A stretch of DNA of 64,000 nucleotides, taken from assembly GCA_964517765.1 (NCBI GenBank), contig CAZFEN010000005.1, positions 5,430-69,429 of the forward strand, in the 5' to 3' direction. A program made the translations under genes and the position numbers. How positions within the stretch are numbered: position 1 is the stretch's first letter; each line of letters starts with the position of its first letter. The notes below the pieces were generated by a model, which saw only the letters and a program-made list of their open reading frames with translations, had not been told where the DNA came from and did not search any database. The DNA is from an uncultured Actinomycetota bacterium. GTDB taxonomy: Bacteria > Actinomycetota > Humimicrobiia > Humimicrobiales > Humimicrobiaceae. This document shows, one piece after another, positions 27,733 through 37,866 of the stretch.

Positions 27733-30096
27733 TTACCTCTTTTTCTTTGAAGGTAAAATTTTCAAGGCCGATATATAGATTTGTCCAAGAGAAATACCCC
27801 CATCATTTACAGAAACATTGAAATTTGAGTATACCTCAAAACCATCTTTCCTTAATATATCAAAACATCTTTTCAGGAGGAAGTTGTTTTGAAAAACTCC
27901 ACCACTCAAACCAACCCTGTAAATTCCGCTTTTTTTTCTTATAATATTACTGATTTCAAGCACAGCCGATGCCAGTGTATTATGAAATCTGGTAGATATT
28001 TTATCTTTTGGTATTTTTTTTTGCAAATCTTCGAATATCTGTGAAAAAATATGATGATCGTCTATTAAATATCTTCCATTTCTATAATCGATTTTTAAAG
28101 GATATTTTTCCTTAACTTTATAGTCAGTTATCATTTCAAGGTGTACTGCCGCCTCGCCTTCGAAACTTGATACATGGGTGCAATCAAGAACGGAACTCAC
28201 GGCATCGAATAATCTCCCCATACTGGTAGTTATCGGGCTGTTAAATCCGGTTTCCATCTGTTTTTCGATAACTTCAATTTCGAAATTTGATATTATTTTC
28301 TTATAAAAAGGTAGATTATCATATAAAAACCGGTAAAATTTGTTTTTACTGTACCCGTTAATCTTCCACAGATGATACAGATAGGAAACAGCCATCCGGT
28401 AAGGTTTTTTTATGGATATTTCTCCTCCGGGAAGAATCTTTTCTTTTAAATGACCCACTCTTATAAAATTTAAATCCCGGTTTACCTTAAATATTTCGCT
28501 TCCCCAGATCTTTCCATCATCACCATAACCGGTCCCATCCCAGGCAAAACCAATTAAATTTTCATTTATATCATTTTCGGCCATTACACTGGCAATGTGC
28601 GCCTTATGATGCTGAACTTCGATCCGGGTTTCTATATTTTTCAGTTTTGCAGCAAACTTTGTAGAAGCATAGGCAGGATGTTTATCATAAGCTATCGCAT
28701 CTATTTTCTTGATATTAAAAAGTTTCCGATAATGGTTGAATGTAGAGTCGTAAAATTCGAGAGACCGGGTATCATCAAGATCCCCGATATGCTGGCTTAA
28801 GATAGCATAATTCTTGACCAGGAGGCAGAAGGTATTTTTCTCATGGGCGCCTGCTGCAAAAACGACCTGCCTTCCGATATCTTTTTTAAGTTTTACCGGA
28901 TATGGAGAATATCCTCTGGCTCTTCTTATTATCATCTCTCTATCGTCAAATATTTTTATGACCGAATCATCGAACCTGCAGTAAACATCCCGGTCATGCA
29001 TCAAAAAATAATCACAGATGTCTTTCAATTTCTCAAATGCCTCCGCGTTTTCAGCTGCTATAGGTTCTTCGGATATATTTCCGCTGGTCATAATAAGGGG
29101 TATGTCTATATGGTCGAAAATCAAATGATGCAGCGGAGTATAGGGGAGCATTACTCCTTCATACCGGTTGTATAACGAGACATAGTGAGATACCGGATAA
29201 TTTCTGGTATTTTTTTCAAGGAGGACAATAGGGGCTCTGGGAGAGATGAGGCTCTCTATTTCTTTTTCATTTAGCCTGTAATATTTTTTTATATACTCGA
29301 TATCTTTGACCATTATTGCAAATGGTTTTACAGGCCTTTTCTTTCTTTTCCTGAGTTCCATGACAGTATTATTCGATAGGGCACTGCAGGCAATCTGAAA
29401 TCCTCCAAGACCTTTCAAAGCAATAATTTTCCCCTGGCGCAGCAGTTCCGAAGAGGCGGATAGAATGTCTCGGGAATTTATTTCACTCCCTTTTCTATCA
29501 ATGAGAAGTAATTTTGGGCCGCATTTTTTACAGGCGTTTGGTTGTGCGTGAAATCTCCTGTTTGCGGGATCATTATATTCCGCGGAGCAATCTTTACACA
29601 TCTGAAACTTATGCATGGTGGTATTAGGCCGATCGTAAGGCATTTCCTTTATTATGGTAAACCTGGGCCCGCAATTGGTACAGTTAGTAAAGGGATAATC
29701 GTGCCGGCGAGTGTCATCATTATTTCTTATATCATCAACACAGAGACTGCATGTGGCAATATCCGGAGATACCAGCTGGAACCCTTCTTCGGTCTTCAGG
29801 CTTTTTCCTATTTCAAAATTCTTTAATTTCCGGAAAGGGGATTTTTCTGTCTTTATGCTTTCGATGATTGCAGCAGCAGGTTTATGCAATCTGATATTCG
29901 AAGAGAATTTTTCGGCTGTATCTTTATCCGGAACATTGATTAAGACGGTAACGCCTTCTGTGGTATTGGTTACAGTTCCATTCAAATTATGTTGCTGCGC
30001 CAGCCTGTATATAAAAGGTCTGAAGCCCACTCCCTGGACGATGCCGGATATATTTATAGTAAAAGTCTTTAAATTGTTATGTTTACTGCCTGACAT
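27733..30096 (-). CDS. hypF: Carbamoyltransferase HypF
   Basis: Acylphosphatase domain (GIVQGVGFRPF), two Zn-finger pairs (CSLC...CTNCGPR; CKDC...CKKCGP), YrdC and Kae1-like domains; 787 aa. Confidence 0.9.
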   Translation of the reverse strand: MSGSKHNNLKTFTINISGIVQGVGFRPFIYRLAQQHNLNGTVTNTTEGVTVLINVPDKDTAEKFSSNIRLHKPAAAIIESIKTEKSPFRKLKNFEIGKSLKTEEGFQLVSPDIATCSLCVDDIRNNDDTRRHDYPFTNCTNCGPRFTIIKEMPYDRPNTTMHKFQMCKDCSAEYNDPANRRFHAQPNACKKCGPKLLLIDRKGSEINSRDILSASSELLRQGKIIALKGLGGFQIACSALSNNTVMELRKRKKRPVKPFAIMVKDIEYIKKYYRLNEKEIESLISPRAPIVLLEKNTRNYPVSHYVSLYNRYEGVMLPYTPLHHLIFDHIDIPLIMTSGNISEEPIAAENAEAFEKLKDICDYFLMHDRDVYCRFDDSVIKIFDDREMIIRRARGYSPYPVKLKKDIGRQVVFAAGAHEKNTFCLLVKNYAILSQHIGDLDDTRSLEFYDSTFNHYRKLFNIKKIDAIAYDKHPAYASTKFAAKLKNIETRIEVQHHKAHIASVMAENDINENLIGFAWDGTGYGDDGKIWGSEIFKVNRDLNFIRVGHLKEKILPGGEISIKKPYRMAVSYLYHLWKINGYSKNKFYRFLYDNLPFYKKIISNFEIEVIEKQMETGFNSPITTSMGRLFDAVSSVLDCTHVSSFEGEAAVHLEMITDYKVKEKYPLKIDYRNGRYLIDDHHIFSQIFEDLQKKIPKDKISTRFHNTLASAVLEISNIIRKKSGIYRVGLSGGVFQNNFLLKRCFDILRKDGFEVYSNFNVSVNDGGISLGQIYISALKILPSKKKR

Positions 30097-30271
30097 ATTT
30101 TAAATCGTTGATATTTTAACAGTAATATTAAAGTAAAGCCAATTGAACTGAAAGTTTGGTTTTAAGTCCCGTTAGAAGATATAATATGATAAAAGACTGA
30201 ATTAAATCCTGGATACTTAGTTATAAAAATTATTTGGAAAAGATTGTAAATATTAATATTTCTTAACTTAT

Positions 30272-31201
30272 TTGTTAAAAAAAATAATAAAATTAGGCCG
30301 TTTTCAGTTTGCGCTTCCGGTATTTATGGTTTTTTCCTGCGGATCATTATTAGCGATGCTTTCGAGTGATGGATTTTTTAATGTATCCAGGTTTATATTC
30401 GGATACCTTATCTTCTTTTCTGCACAGCTTTCAGTCCAGTATAGCAATGAATATTTTGATTTTGATGCCGACAGATTGACCATCCCGACTTTTTTTTCGG
30501 GTGGAAGTAAAGTTCTAAGAAATAATTACAGTCTAAAGATTTTTTCAAAGTGGATATCGATTTTTTTGGCTATAGTCTCAATAATACTTTCCGTCTTATT
30601 TGTTTCAGTTTTTAAAGTATCTATCAGGATAATTATCTTAGCTGTATTTGCGAATCTGCTGGGCTGGTTCTATACTGCGCCGCCATTAAGATTTTCATAT
30701 AGAGGATTAGGTGAGATAACAATTATGTTGATCATAGGGATAATGTTGCCCATAGCCGGATTTGTTACTCTCAGAGATACTCTGGATAAAGAAATTATTA
30801 TAATTCTAATACCACTATTATTGTGCACCGCTATGCTTTCTATTGCGGTTGAAATTCCTGACTACAAAGCTGACAGGATTTCCGGGAAGAATAATCTTGT
30901 TTCGGTATATGGCAGAAAGACAGGGTATTTAATGTTAACAGTCTTTTCTTCGGCAGCTTTTGTATACTTTATAATTATAGCCGTGTTGAATATGATATAT
31001 GGATTTTATAGATATGATATAAATTTTATACTGCTCGGATTGGTTTCAATACCTTCCCTCGTGACTTCGTTTTATGGAAGTATGGTCAATCCCTCTGAAA
31101 GAAGAAAAATAACATTATTTATAAATGTGATTATTTTTTCTTTGTTTTTCATATTGCTTATTTTCAATATTCATTTAATTATTCTGGTTTTATCAGTGTA
31201 A
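30272..31201 (+). CDS. UbiA-family prenyltransferase
   Basis: About 9 TM helices. Asp-rich motifs NEYFDFDADR and DYKADR, as in UbiA/MenA. TTG start per ORF track; start uncertain. Confidence 0.7.
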   Translation: MLKKIIKLGRFQFALPVFMVFSCGSLLAMLSSDGFFNVSRFIFGYLIFFSAQLSVQYSNEYFDFDADRLTIPTFFSGGSKVLRNNYSLKIFSKWISIFLAIVSIILSVLFVSVFKVSIRIIILAVFANLLGWFYTAPPLRFSYRGLGEITIMLIIGIMLPIAGFVTLRDTLDKEIIIILIPLLLCTAMLSIAVEIPDYKADRISGKNNLVSVYGRKTGYLMLTVFSSAAFVYFIIIAVLNMIYGFYRYDINFILLGLVSIPSLVTSFYGSMVNPSERRKITLFINVIIFSLFFILLIFNIHLIILVLSV

Positions 31202-31301
31202 AAATCTTTTTTAAAAGATTTTTCATATAAATAATCAATTTAAATATTTTATGAATTCATTATAATCTTATTTATAATATTATTTTAAAAAGAAGGTTAA
31301 A

Positions 31302-31628
31302 ATGAGTTTTTACGAAATCGCAAAAGCTGACGATATACCAGAGGGAACAATGAAGGCCGTATCGGTTCAGGACAAAGAATTAATTGTAGTAAATTATGAA
31401 GGCAATTTTTATGCCATAAACAGAAGATGCACGCATATGAGCGGTGATCTATTAAAAGGAAAGCTTGAGGGAAAAATAGTTACATGCCCGAGACATGGTT
31501 CCAGGTTTGATGTCACAACGGGAAAAAGCATTTCAGGACCCAGAATAGGTTTTCTTAAGCTAAAGACAAAAGACGAACCAAACTATCAGGTAAAAGTCGA
31601 AAATGGCAGCATCAAAATAGATATTTGA
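31302..31628 (+). CDS. Rieske [2Fe-2S] domain protein (small ferredoxin-like)
   Basis: CTHMSGDL ... CPRHGSRF (CxH-CxxH); 108 aa. Confidence 0.75.
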   Translation: MSFYEIAKADDIPEGTMKAVSVQDKELIVVNYEGNFYAINRRCTHMSGDLLKGKLEGKIVTCPRHGSRFDVTTGKSISGPRIGFLKLKTKDEPNYQVKVENGSIKIDI

Positions 31629-31764
31629 CATAAAGTCTTTTATAAAGAAACGATCCATGGACGGATCTGAATGATATATTGAGTTTCTATAACGATACTC
31701 CCGAACCAAAGGAATTTTACAGGATCGAAAACACAAAACACCGCTTCGAAAGCTGCAGCTATTT

Positions 31765-32447
31765 TCAGGATAACCCCGGGAAATTGATAGATTGGCTGAA
31801 TAGGTGGATGTAATTTTCTTTTTTTATTGTTGGTACAAATGCTGAAAAACTTTCAAATTTATCCCATTCATCTATACTGACGTCTATAATCGGGGCAGTA
31901 TAGCATTTATACGAAAATATAGGAATTCCGGTGGGTATGGTATTCTGGGTCCTGAAAATAGCCTGATCAAGGACCTGGTTTTTCTTTTCTTCGACATTGA
32001 CGCTAATAACATTGTCTCCTTCGGGCTCTATATCATACCGGACTGTAAATGTTATTGTATTTGAGTTTGTTATTATATTACCGGCACTATCTATAAGCTG
32101 AGCCATAATTTCATATTCACCCGAACTGCCTGGATTCCAGTTATATTCGTAAGGGGGAGAAGTAAATGATTTTATTTCATTATCATTTACCAGGACTTTT
32201 ATGATATAGTCTGTACTCTCTACTTCCGGTGCCCTGATCTCTATATAGGGACAGCTTCACTTTCATTGATAAAATCAAAAGCTTTATCATTTGTAGGAGA
32301 AGATATAAAAAGCGTGTATTCTACCTCTTCTACGGTTTCTTCTTCTGCCCTGAAAAGAAAGTTAATGGCATGCAGCTTATAATCGAGAAAAATATTATCA
32401 CTGCTGTTATAAGGATTAGCCAAACAGGATATAGGGGATTTTGTCCA
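31765..32447 (-). pseudogene. Frameshifted remnant of a secreted/Ig-like-domain protein
   Basis: Two minus-strand ORFs (32241-32423 and 31765-32106) lie in different frames. The lower frame stays open upstream to 32256 and overlaps the upper frame's stop at 32241. No canonical ATG for the upstream part. Confidence 0.35.
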
Positions 32448-32477
32448 TTATAGGCTTATGTCTTTTGTGGATCTTTT

Positions 32478-34559
32478 TCATTCCTTCTGCTTGTTCCTTT
32501 CTTCGGTTATTTTCTGAGCCAGCATTGGCGGAACTTCTTCGTAATGTGAAAATTTTTGAGTGAAGCGCCCTCTTCCCTGGGTAAGAGAAGTCAAATCAAT
32601 AGTATAATTAAAAGTCTCAGATTGGGGTAAAGAAGCCTTGATCAGTTGCTTTTTATTTTCAATCGGGTTTATCGAGATAATTTTTCCTCTCTTTGAATTT
32701 ATATCGCCGATTATATCTCCCATATATTTCTCAGGCACAGTGATTTCAAGTTCATTGATGGGCTCCAGAATAACGGGAGAAGCTTCCTGCATGCCCTTTT
32801 TAAATGCCATGGATGCCGCAATTTTAAAGGCCATCTCGGAAGAATCGACAGTATGATACGATCCGTCATATAAATCTACACTTACATCTACTACGGGAGA
32901 TTCTGCAAGAACACCTTTCAGAAGTGCCTCCCTGATACCTTTTTCCACGCCAGGTATATATCCTTTTGGTATCGCACCGCCAAAAATACTGTTCTTAAAC
33001 TCAAAACCTCCGCCACCTGGCAGCGGTTTGATCTCGATTAAAACATGTCCGTATTGCCCTCTGCCACCGGATTGTTTTTTATATTTGTATTCCGCTTTAG
33101 CATCTTTTCTTATCGTCTCCTTATATGCAACCAGAGGTGTCAATATATCAATATCGATATCAAATTTCTCTTTTAGCTTCTCTTTAACCATGGAAATATG
33201 AAGTTCTCCCATGCCCCAGATCATGTTCTGATGCACTTCTAGGTTTAGCTCCTGTTTTATTGTCGGATCTTCCTGAATCAATTTGGAAAGTCCGTTACTT
33301 ATTTTTTCTTCATCGCCTTTGCTCCTGGGTATGACAGCTCTGGGCAGTGTGGGAGAATAATATTCCGTTTCAGGTATTTTCAACGGTTGATCCTGACCGG
33401 AGATAGTGTCATCATTTAAAATGTCCATAATCTTTGAAACGGCCACAATTTCTCCGCAGGAAGCTTCGCCTGTATCAATTTGATTTTTACCCTGGAGTTT
33501 GAACAAATTGGAGAATTTATAAGTTTTTCCGGAACTTGAAACATAATAACTTTCATTGATCCTGATGGTTCCCGAAAAAATTCTGAATATCGATAACTTG
33601 CCTATATAAGGATCTGCCATTGTTTTAAAAACATATGCCAGTACCGGCTTATCAGGTGTGGGTTTAATTTCTATTTCTGATTTATTATTCAAATCCTGCG
33701 CCTTTACGGGCGATACATCAAGTGCGGAAGGAAGTAGAGAATTTATATAGTCCATTAATATATCTATGCCAAAATTTTTTCCGGAGGAAATTGCAAATAC
33801 CGGAATAACCTTACCTTCCATTACGGCTTTTTTGAGGTTTTCGTTTATTACGGTTTCATCGATTTTTTCACCTTCCAGATATTTGTTAAGCAGTCCGTCA
33901 TCTGTTTCCACGATGGTTTCGATAAGTTCATTATGGTGACGTTCGATCTGATTCTTAATGCTTTCATCTATTGGAATCTTATTACCGGTAAAAATCTTAT
34001 CTTTATATTCATATGCCTGATTTTGAAGTATATCGGCGACTTTTGAAAAATTTTCACCGCTGTTCAGCGGAACGGTTACAGGTACAAGTTTTAGCCTGTA
34101 TTCATTTTTTATATCTTCAATGACTTTAGAATAATCTATATTTTCAAGGTCCAATTTATTTAATACGAGAAATGCAGGTTTGGGATTTTTGCCAAGTAAT
34201 TCCATTACCAACTCGGTTGGAGCCTGCACTCCTGATTTTACATCAATAACCAGAAGTGCACTGTCTATTACTTTGATTGCGGCCTGTGTTTGTCCTATGA
34301 AATCCATATATCCCGGACAGTCTATAAGGTTTATATTAAAATCTTTCCATTTATAATTAAGTATACTTGAATTTATGCTGAAACCTTTTCTGGTTTCCAG
34401 CGGGCTAAAATCCGAAGTCGTATTTTTTGCTTCTATGGTTCCAAGCCTATCGATTGATTTAGAATTGAATAAAATGCATTCTGTAAGCGTGGTTTTCCCG
34501 GTCCCATTTCCAGAGATAAGTCCGATAACTTTATTATTAGAGCAACTTTTACCATTCAT
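32478..34559 (-). CDS. Elongation factor G-like GTPase (EF-G paralogue, divergent G domain)
   Basis: G1 GNGTGKTT, G3 DCPGYMDF, G4 NKLD, followed by EF-G domains II-V. ATG 34559 (MNGKS...) is preceded by the SD GGAGGG. The ORF-track TTG 34610 is less likely. Confidence 0.8.
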   Translation of the reverse strand: MNGKSCSNNKVIGLISGNGTGKTTLTECILFNSKSIDRLGTIEAKNTTSDFSPLETRKGFSINSSILNYKWKDFNINLIDCPGYMDFIGQTQAAIKVIDSALLVIDVKSGVQAPTELVMELLGKNPKPAFLVLNKLDLENIDYSKVIEDIKNEYRLKLVPVTVPLNSGENFSKVADILQNQAYEYKDKIFTGNKIPIDESIKNQIERHHNELIETIVETDDGLLNKYLEGEKIDETVINENLKKAVMEGKVIPVFAISSGKNFGIDILMDYINSLLPSALDVSPVKAQDLNNKSEIEIKPTPDKPVLAYVFKTMADPYIGKLSIFRIFSGTIRINESYYVSSSGKTYKFSNLFKLQGKNQIDTGEASCGEIVAVSKIMDILNDDTISGQDQPLKIPETEYYSPTLPRAVIPRSKGDEEKISNGLSKLIQEDPTIKQELNLEVHQNMIWGMGELHISMVKEKLKEKFDIDIDILTPLVAYKETIRKDAKAEYKYKKQSGGRGQYGHVLIEIKPLPGGGGFEFKNSIFGGAIPKGYIPGVEKGIREALLKGVLAESPVVDVSVDLYDGSYHTVDSSEMAFKIAASMAFKKGMQEASPVILEPINELEITVPEKYMGDIIGDINSKRGKIISINPIENKKQLIKASLPQSETFNYTIDLTSLTQGRGRFTQKFSHYEEVPPMLAQKITEERNKQKE

Positions 34560-34817
34560 TAGCACCCTCCGCAAAAGTGTAAGATTTTTTAGATAGTACT
34601 TAAGCCGCAATTAGGCAATAGAAGAAATATACCATAAAAATATTTTTGTGTAAAAACAATATTGGCATGCCTGCAGGGTCCGAAATTGACCATGGCCCAT
34701 GATTATATTTTTGCAATTGGTTATATGATATAATTTAAAGTTGTTTATTTTTAATGTGGAAAAATGTAAAATATTTTATTTTAGAAATGATTAAAATCAA
34801 GCAGTCAGGAGGTTAGT

Positions 34818-35387
34818 ATGCTACCAGGTGTAATTGCTGCAATAGCAGTGATATTTGGAATAGTGATACTGTTAGTTGTGATCGTGATAGGGGTGTATAA
34901 TTCCATAGTATCACTGAGAAATAAAGTAGATAACTCGTGGCATCAAATCGATGTGCAGTTACGTAAAAGATATGATCTGATACCAAATCTGGTCGAAACC
35001 GTTAAGGGGTATGCAAAACATGAAAGGGAAACCCTGGAAAAAGTAATAAGCGCCAGGAAAATGGGAATTGATGCTAAAACGGTAAAAGATCAGGCTAAAG
35101 CCGAAAATATGATAACCGGGACCTTGAAGTCATTATTTGCATTGTCTGAAAATTACCCCAATCTTAAAGCTGACCAGCATTTTTCAAGATTAATGGAACA
35201 GTTGAATGGTATTGAAAGCAATATTGCATATGCCAGACAGTTTTATAATGATATGGTCATGAAGCTTAATACCAGAATACAGACTTTTCCGGGAAATATG
35301 TTCGCCCGAATGTTTAATTTCACTACCCGTGATTATTTTGAAATAGAAGAAGCCACAGCCAGAGAGCCGGTCAGGGTCCAGTTCTAG
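34818..35387 (+). CDS. lemA: LemA family protein
   Basis: N-terminal TM then the conserved LemA region (YNSIVSLRNKVDNSWHQIDVQLRKRYDLIPNLVE). Confidence 0.85.
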   Translation: MLPGVIAAIAVIFGIVILLVVIVIGVYNSIVSLRNKVDNSWHQIDVQLRKRYDLIPNLVETVKGYAKHERETLEKVISARKMGIDAKTVKDQAKAENMITGTLKSLFALSENYPNLKADQHFSRLMEQLNGIESNIAYARQFYNDMVMKLNTRIQTFPGNMFARMFNFTTRDYFEIEEATAREPVRVQF

Positions 35388-35420
35388 AAAAATAGTTTAG
35401 AAAAAGGTGTGATTTAAGTA

Positions 35421-36362
35421 ATGTATGAACAAATTGCCAGCAACAGGGCAAAAACTGTATTTATAATAATAGGATTTGTTGTTTTTATAGCCGCTGTAGG
35501 ATTTGCAGTGGGTTATTATGTCGACTATCGTTATGGTATAAATAGGAGTAATTCCATACTATTTATGGTATTCGCTTTAATACTGGCCACCATTATGAGT
35601 TTTTCCAGTTATTATTACAGCGATAAAATAGTACTTGGTCTCACACGGGCAAGACTTATATCCAGAGAGGAAGATCCAAGAATATACTATATGGTAGAGG
35701 GACTAACAATAGCAGCAGGGTTGCCCATGCCTAAGATTTATGCAATAGAGGATGAAGGAATGAACGCATTTGCCACCGGTCGAAATCCTCAGAACAGTGC
35801 AATAGTCTTTACCCGCGGTCTGCTTAATAATTTAAATGATGAGGAACTTAAAGGAGTAATATCTCACGAGCTTTCTCATATAAAGAATTACGACATACTG
35901 CTGGGAACAATAGTGGTCATTCTGGTGGGAATGGTGACTATAATAAGTAATATTATATTACGCAGCTTTATTTTCGGAGGCAGGGGAAGGAGATCCAGTA
36001 AAAGTTCAGGTGGAAATCTAATAACCGTTATATTTCTTGTAGTGGGGATAGCGCTTTTGATATTATCACCGATAATTGCTACTCTGATAAGATTGGCAAT
36101 AAGCAGAAACAGAGAATTTTTAGCTGATTCGACCGGTGCCCTGGTTTCAAGGTATCCGGCAGGACTGGCGAGTGCACTGAGAAAAATAAGCAGTCACAGT
36201 GCTGTTAAAACAGCAAATAGTGCGACTGCACATCTTTTTATAGCTAATCCGATTGCAGGAAAATCAAAGGCATTCTTTAGTAATCTATTCAGCACTCATC
36301 CTCCTACTGAGGAAAGGATCAAAAGGCTGGAAAGCATGTCTTTGGGAGTGGGTGTAAAATAA
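35421..36362 (+). CDS. htpX: M48-family zinc metalloprotease (HtpX-like)
   Basis: [10 protein letters not shown] (HExxH) within a TM protein; LemA-M48 pairing is common. Confidence 0.8.
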   Translation: MYEQIASNRAKTVFIIIGFVVFIAAVGFAVGYYVDYRYGINRSNSILFMVFALILATIMSFSSYYYSDKIVLGLTRARLISREEDPRIYYMVEGLTIAAGLPMPKIYAIEDEGMNAFATGRNPQNSAIVFTRGLLNNLNDEELKGVISHELSHIKNYDILLGTIVVILVGMVTIISNIILRSFIFGGRGRRSSKSSGGNLITVIFLVVGIALLILSPIIATLIRLAISRNREFLADSTGALVSRYPAGLASALRKISSHSAVKTANSATAHLFIANPIAGKSKAFFSNLFSTHPPTEERIKRLESMSLGVGVK

Positions 36363-36381
36363 CCGGAGGTGTTTTAATAAT

Positions 36382-37263
36382 ATGGAAAAAGGAACATTAA
36401 AAGTAAAGTCGGGGCTTGCCCAGATGCTTAAGGGCGGAGTGATAATGGATGTAACCTCTGTGGAACAGGCAAAAATTGCAGAGGAAGCAGGAGCAGTATC
36501 GGTAATGGCGCTCGAAAGGATACCGGCGGATATAAGAGCAACCGGCGGCGTAGCAAGGATGACCGATCCTGAAATAATATTAAAGATCATGGATGCCGTT
36601 TCCATTCCTGTAATGGCAAAAGCAAGAATAGGACATTTTGCGGAGGCACAGATCCTGGAGTCTATTGGCGTAGATTATATAGATGAGAGTGAAGTACTGA
36701 CTCCGGCAGATGAGAAGTATCATATAAACAAGTGGAACTTTAAGATTCCATTTGTATGCGGTGCCACGAATCTGGGAGAAGCCTTAAGAAGAATAGGTGA
36801 AGGTGCCGCGATGATAAGGACAAAAGGGGAAGCCGGTACAGGGGACGTCATAGAAGCAGTAAAACATATGAGGTGTATAAAAGACGAGATTGTAAAAGTT
36901 GCTTCACTGCCCAGGGAGGAGCTTATGACGATATCAAAAGAAATGGGTGCTCCTTACGATCTTGTGATATATGTCCATGAGAACAAGAATTTACCGGTGG
37001 TGAATTTTTCTGCCGGTGGAATATCAACTCCTGCCGATGCCGCAATGATTATGCAGCTTGGTGCGGACGGTATTTTCGTAGGTTCGGGGATTTTTAAATC
37101 AGAAAATCCTTCAAAGATGGCTCAGGCTATTGTCGAAGCTACTACTCATTATAATAATCCCGAAGTTCTTGCAAGAGTTTCGAGGGGACTGGGAAATCCG
37201 ATGAGAGGGACTGCCGTATTGACACTTTCGAAAGAGGAAGTAATCTCGAATAGAGGATGGTAA
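36382..37263 (+). CDS. pdxS: Pyridoxal 5'-phosphate synthase lyase subunit PdxS
   Basis: [15 protein letters not shown]-terminus; 293 aa. Confidence 0.9.
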   Translation: MEKGTLKVKSGLAQMLKGGVIMDVTSVEQAKIAEEAGAVSVMALERIPADIRATGGVARMTDPEIILKIMDAVSIPVMAKARIGHFAEAQILESIGVDYIDESEVLTPADEKYHINKWNFKIPFVCGATNLGEALRRIGEGAAMIRTKGEAGTGDVIEAVKHMRCIKDEIVKVASLPREELMTISKEMGAPYDLVIYVHENKNLPVVNFSAGGISTPADAAMIMQLGADGIFVGSGIFKSENPSKMAQAIVEATTHYNNPEVLARVSRGLGNPMRGTAVLTLSKEEVISNRGW

Positions 37264-37269
37264 AAAGAA

Positions 37270-37866
37270 GTGGGTATCATAGCAGGCGTTCTTTCCCTCC
37301 AGGGAGCTTTTAAAGAACATATAAATAAATTGAGAGAGTGCGGGGTATCCGCGGTGGAAGTAAGGTTTCCCGAACAGCTTGAAAAAATCGATGGACTTAT
37401 TATTCCGGGTGGTGAGAGTACCACCATAAATAAATTGCTTGAAATATATAAATTTAAAGATAACCTTGATAAGTTCAACAGTAAACATAAACCCATATTT
37501 GGTACCTGTGCAGGTTTGATTCTGCTGGCAAAAAACATCGAAGGGGAAGATAAGGGTCTGGATTATATAGATATCAAGGTACGGAGAAATGCATACGGAC
37601 GTCAGGCAGATAGTTTTGAGGAACTGCTTGATATAAGTCTTGATAGAAGTGAGAACGGCGGCAAATTCAAATCCGTTTTTATAAGAGCACCAAAAATTAT
37701 AAGCGCAGGCAAAGAAGTTGCGATTTTAGCAAGATATAATGAGGATATGGTACTGGCAAGAGAAAATAATGTCATGGTTTGTACTTTTCATCCCGAGCTA
37801 ACGGATGATCTCAGGATACATAAATATTTTATAAATATGATTAAAAATTATAAAGGAGAGAATTGA
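37270..37866 (+). CDS. pdxT: Pyridoxal 5'-phosphate synthase glutaminase subunit PdxT
   Basis: GVLSLQGAFKEH and the GTCAG catalytic Cys region; GTG start. Confidence 0.9.
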   Translation: MGIIAGVLSLQGAFKEHINKLRECGVSAVEVRFPEQLEKIDGLIIPGGESTTINKLLEIYKFKDNLDKFNSKHKPIFGTCAGLILLAKNIEGEDKGLDYIDIKVRRNAYGRQADSFEELLDISLDRSENGGKFKSVFIRAPKIISAGKEVAILARYNEDMVLARENNVMVCTFHPELTDDLRIHKYFINMIKNYKGEN

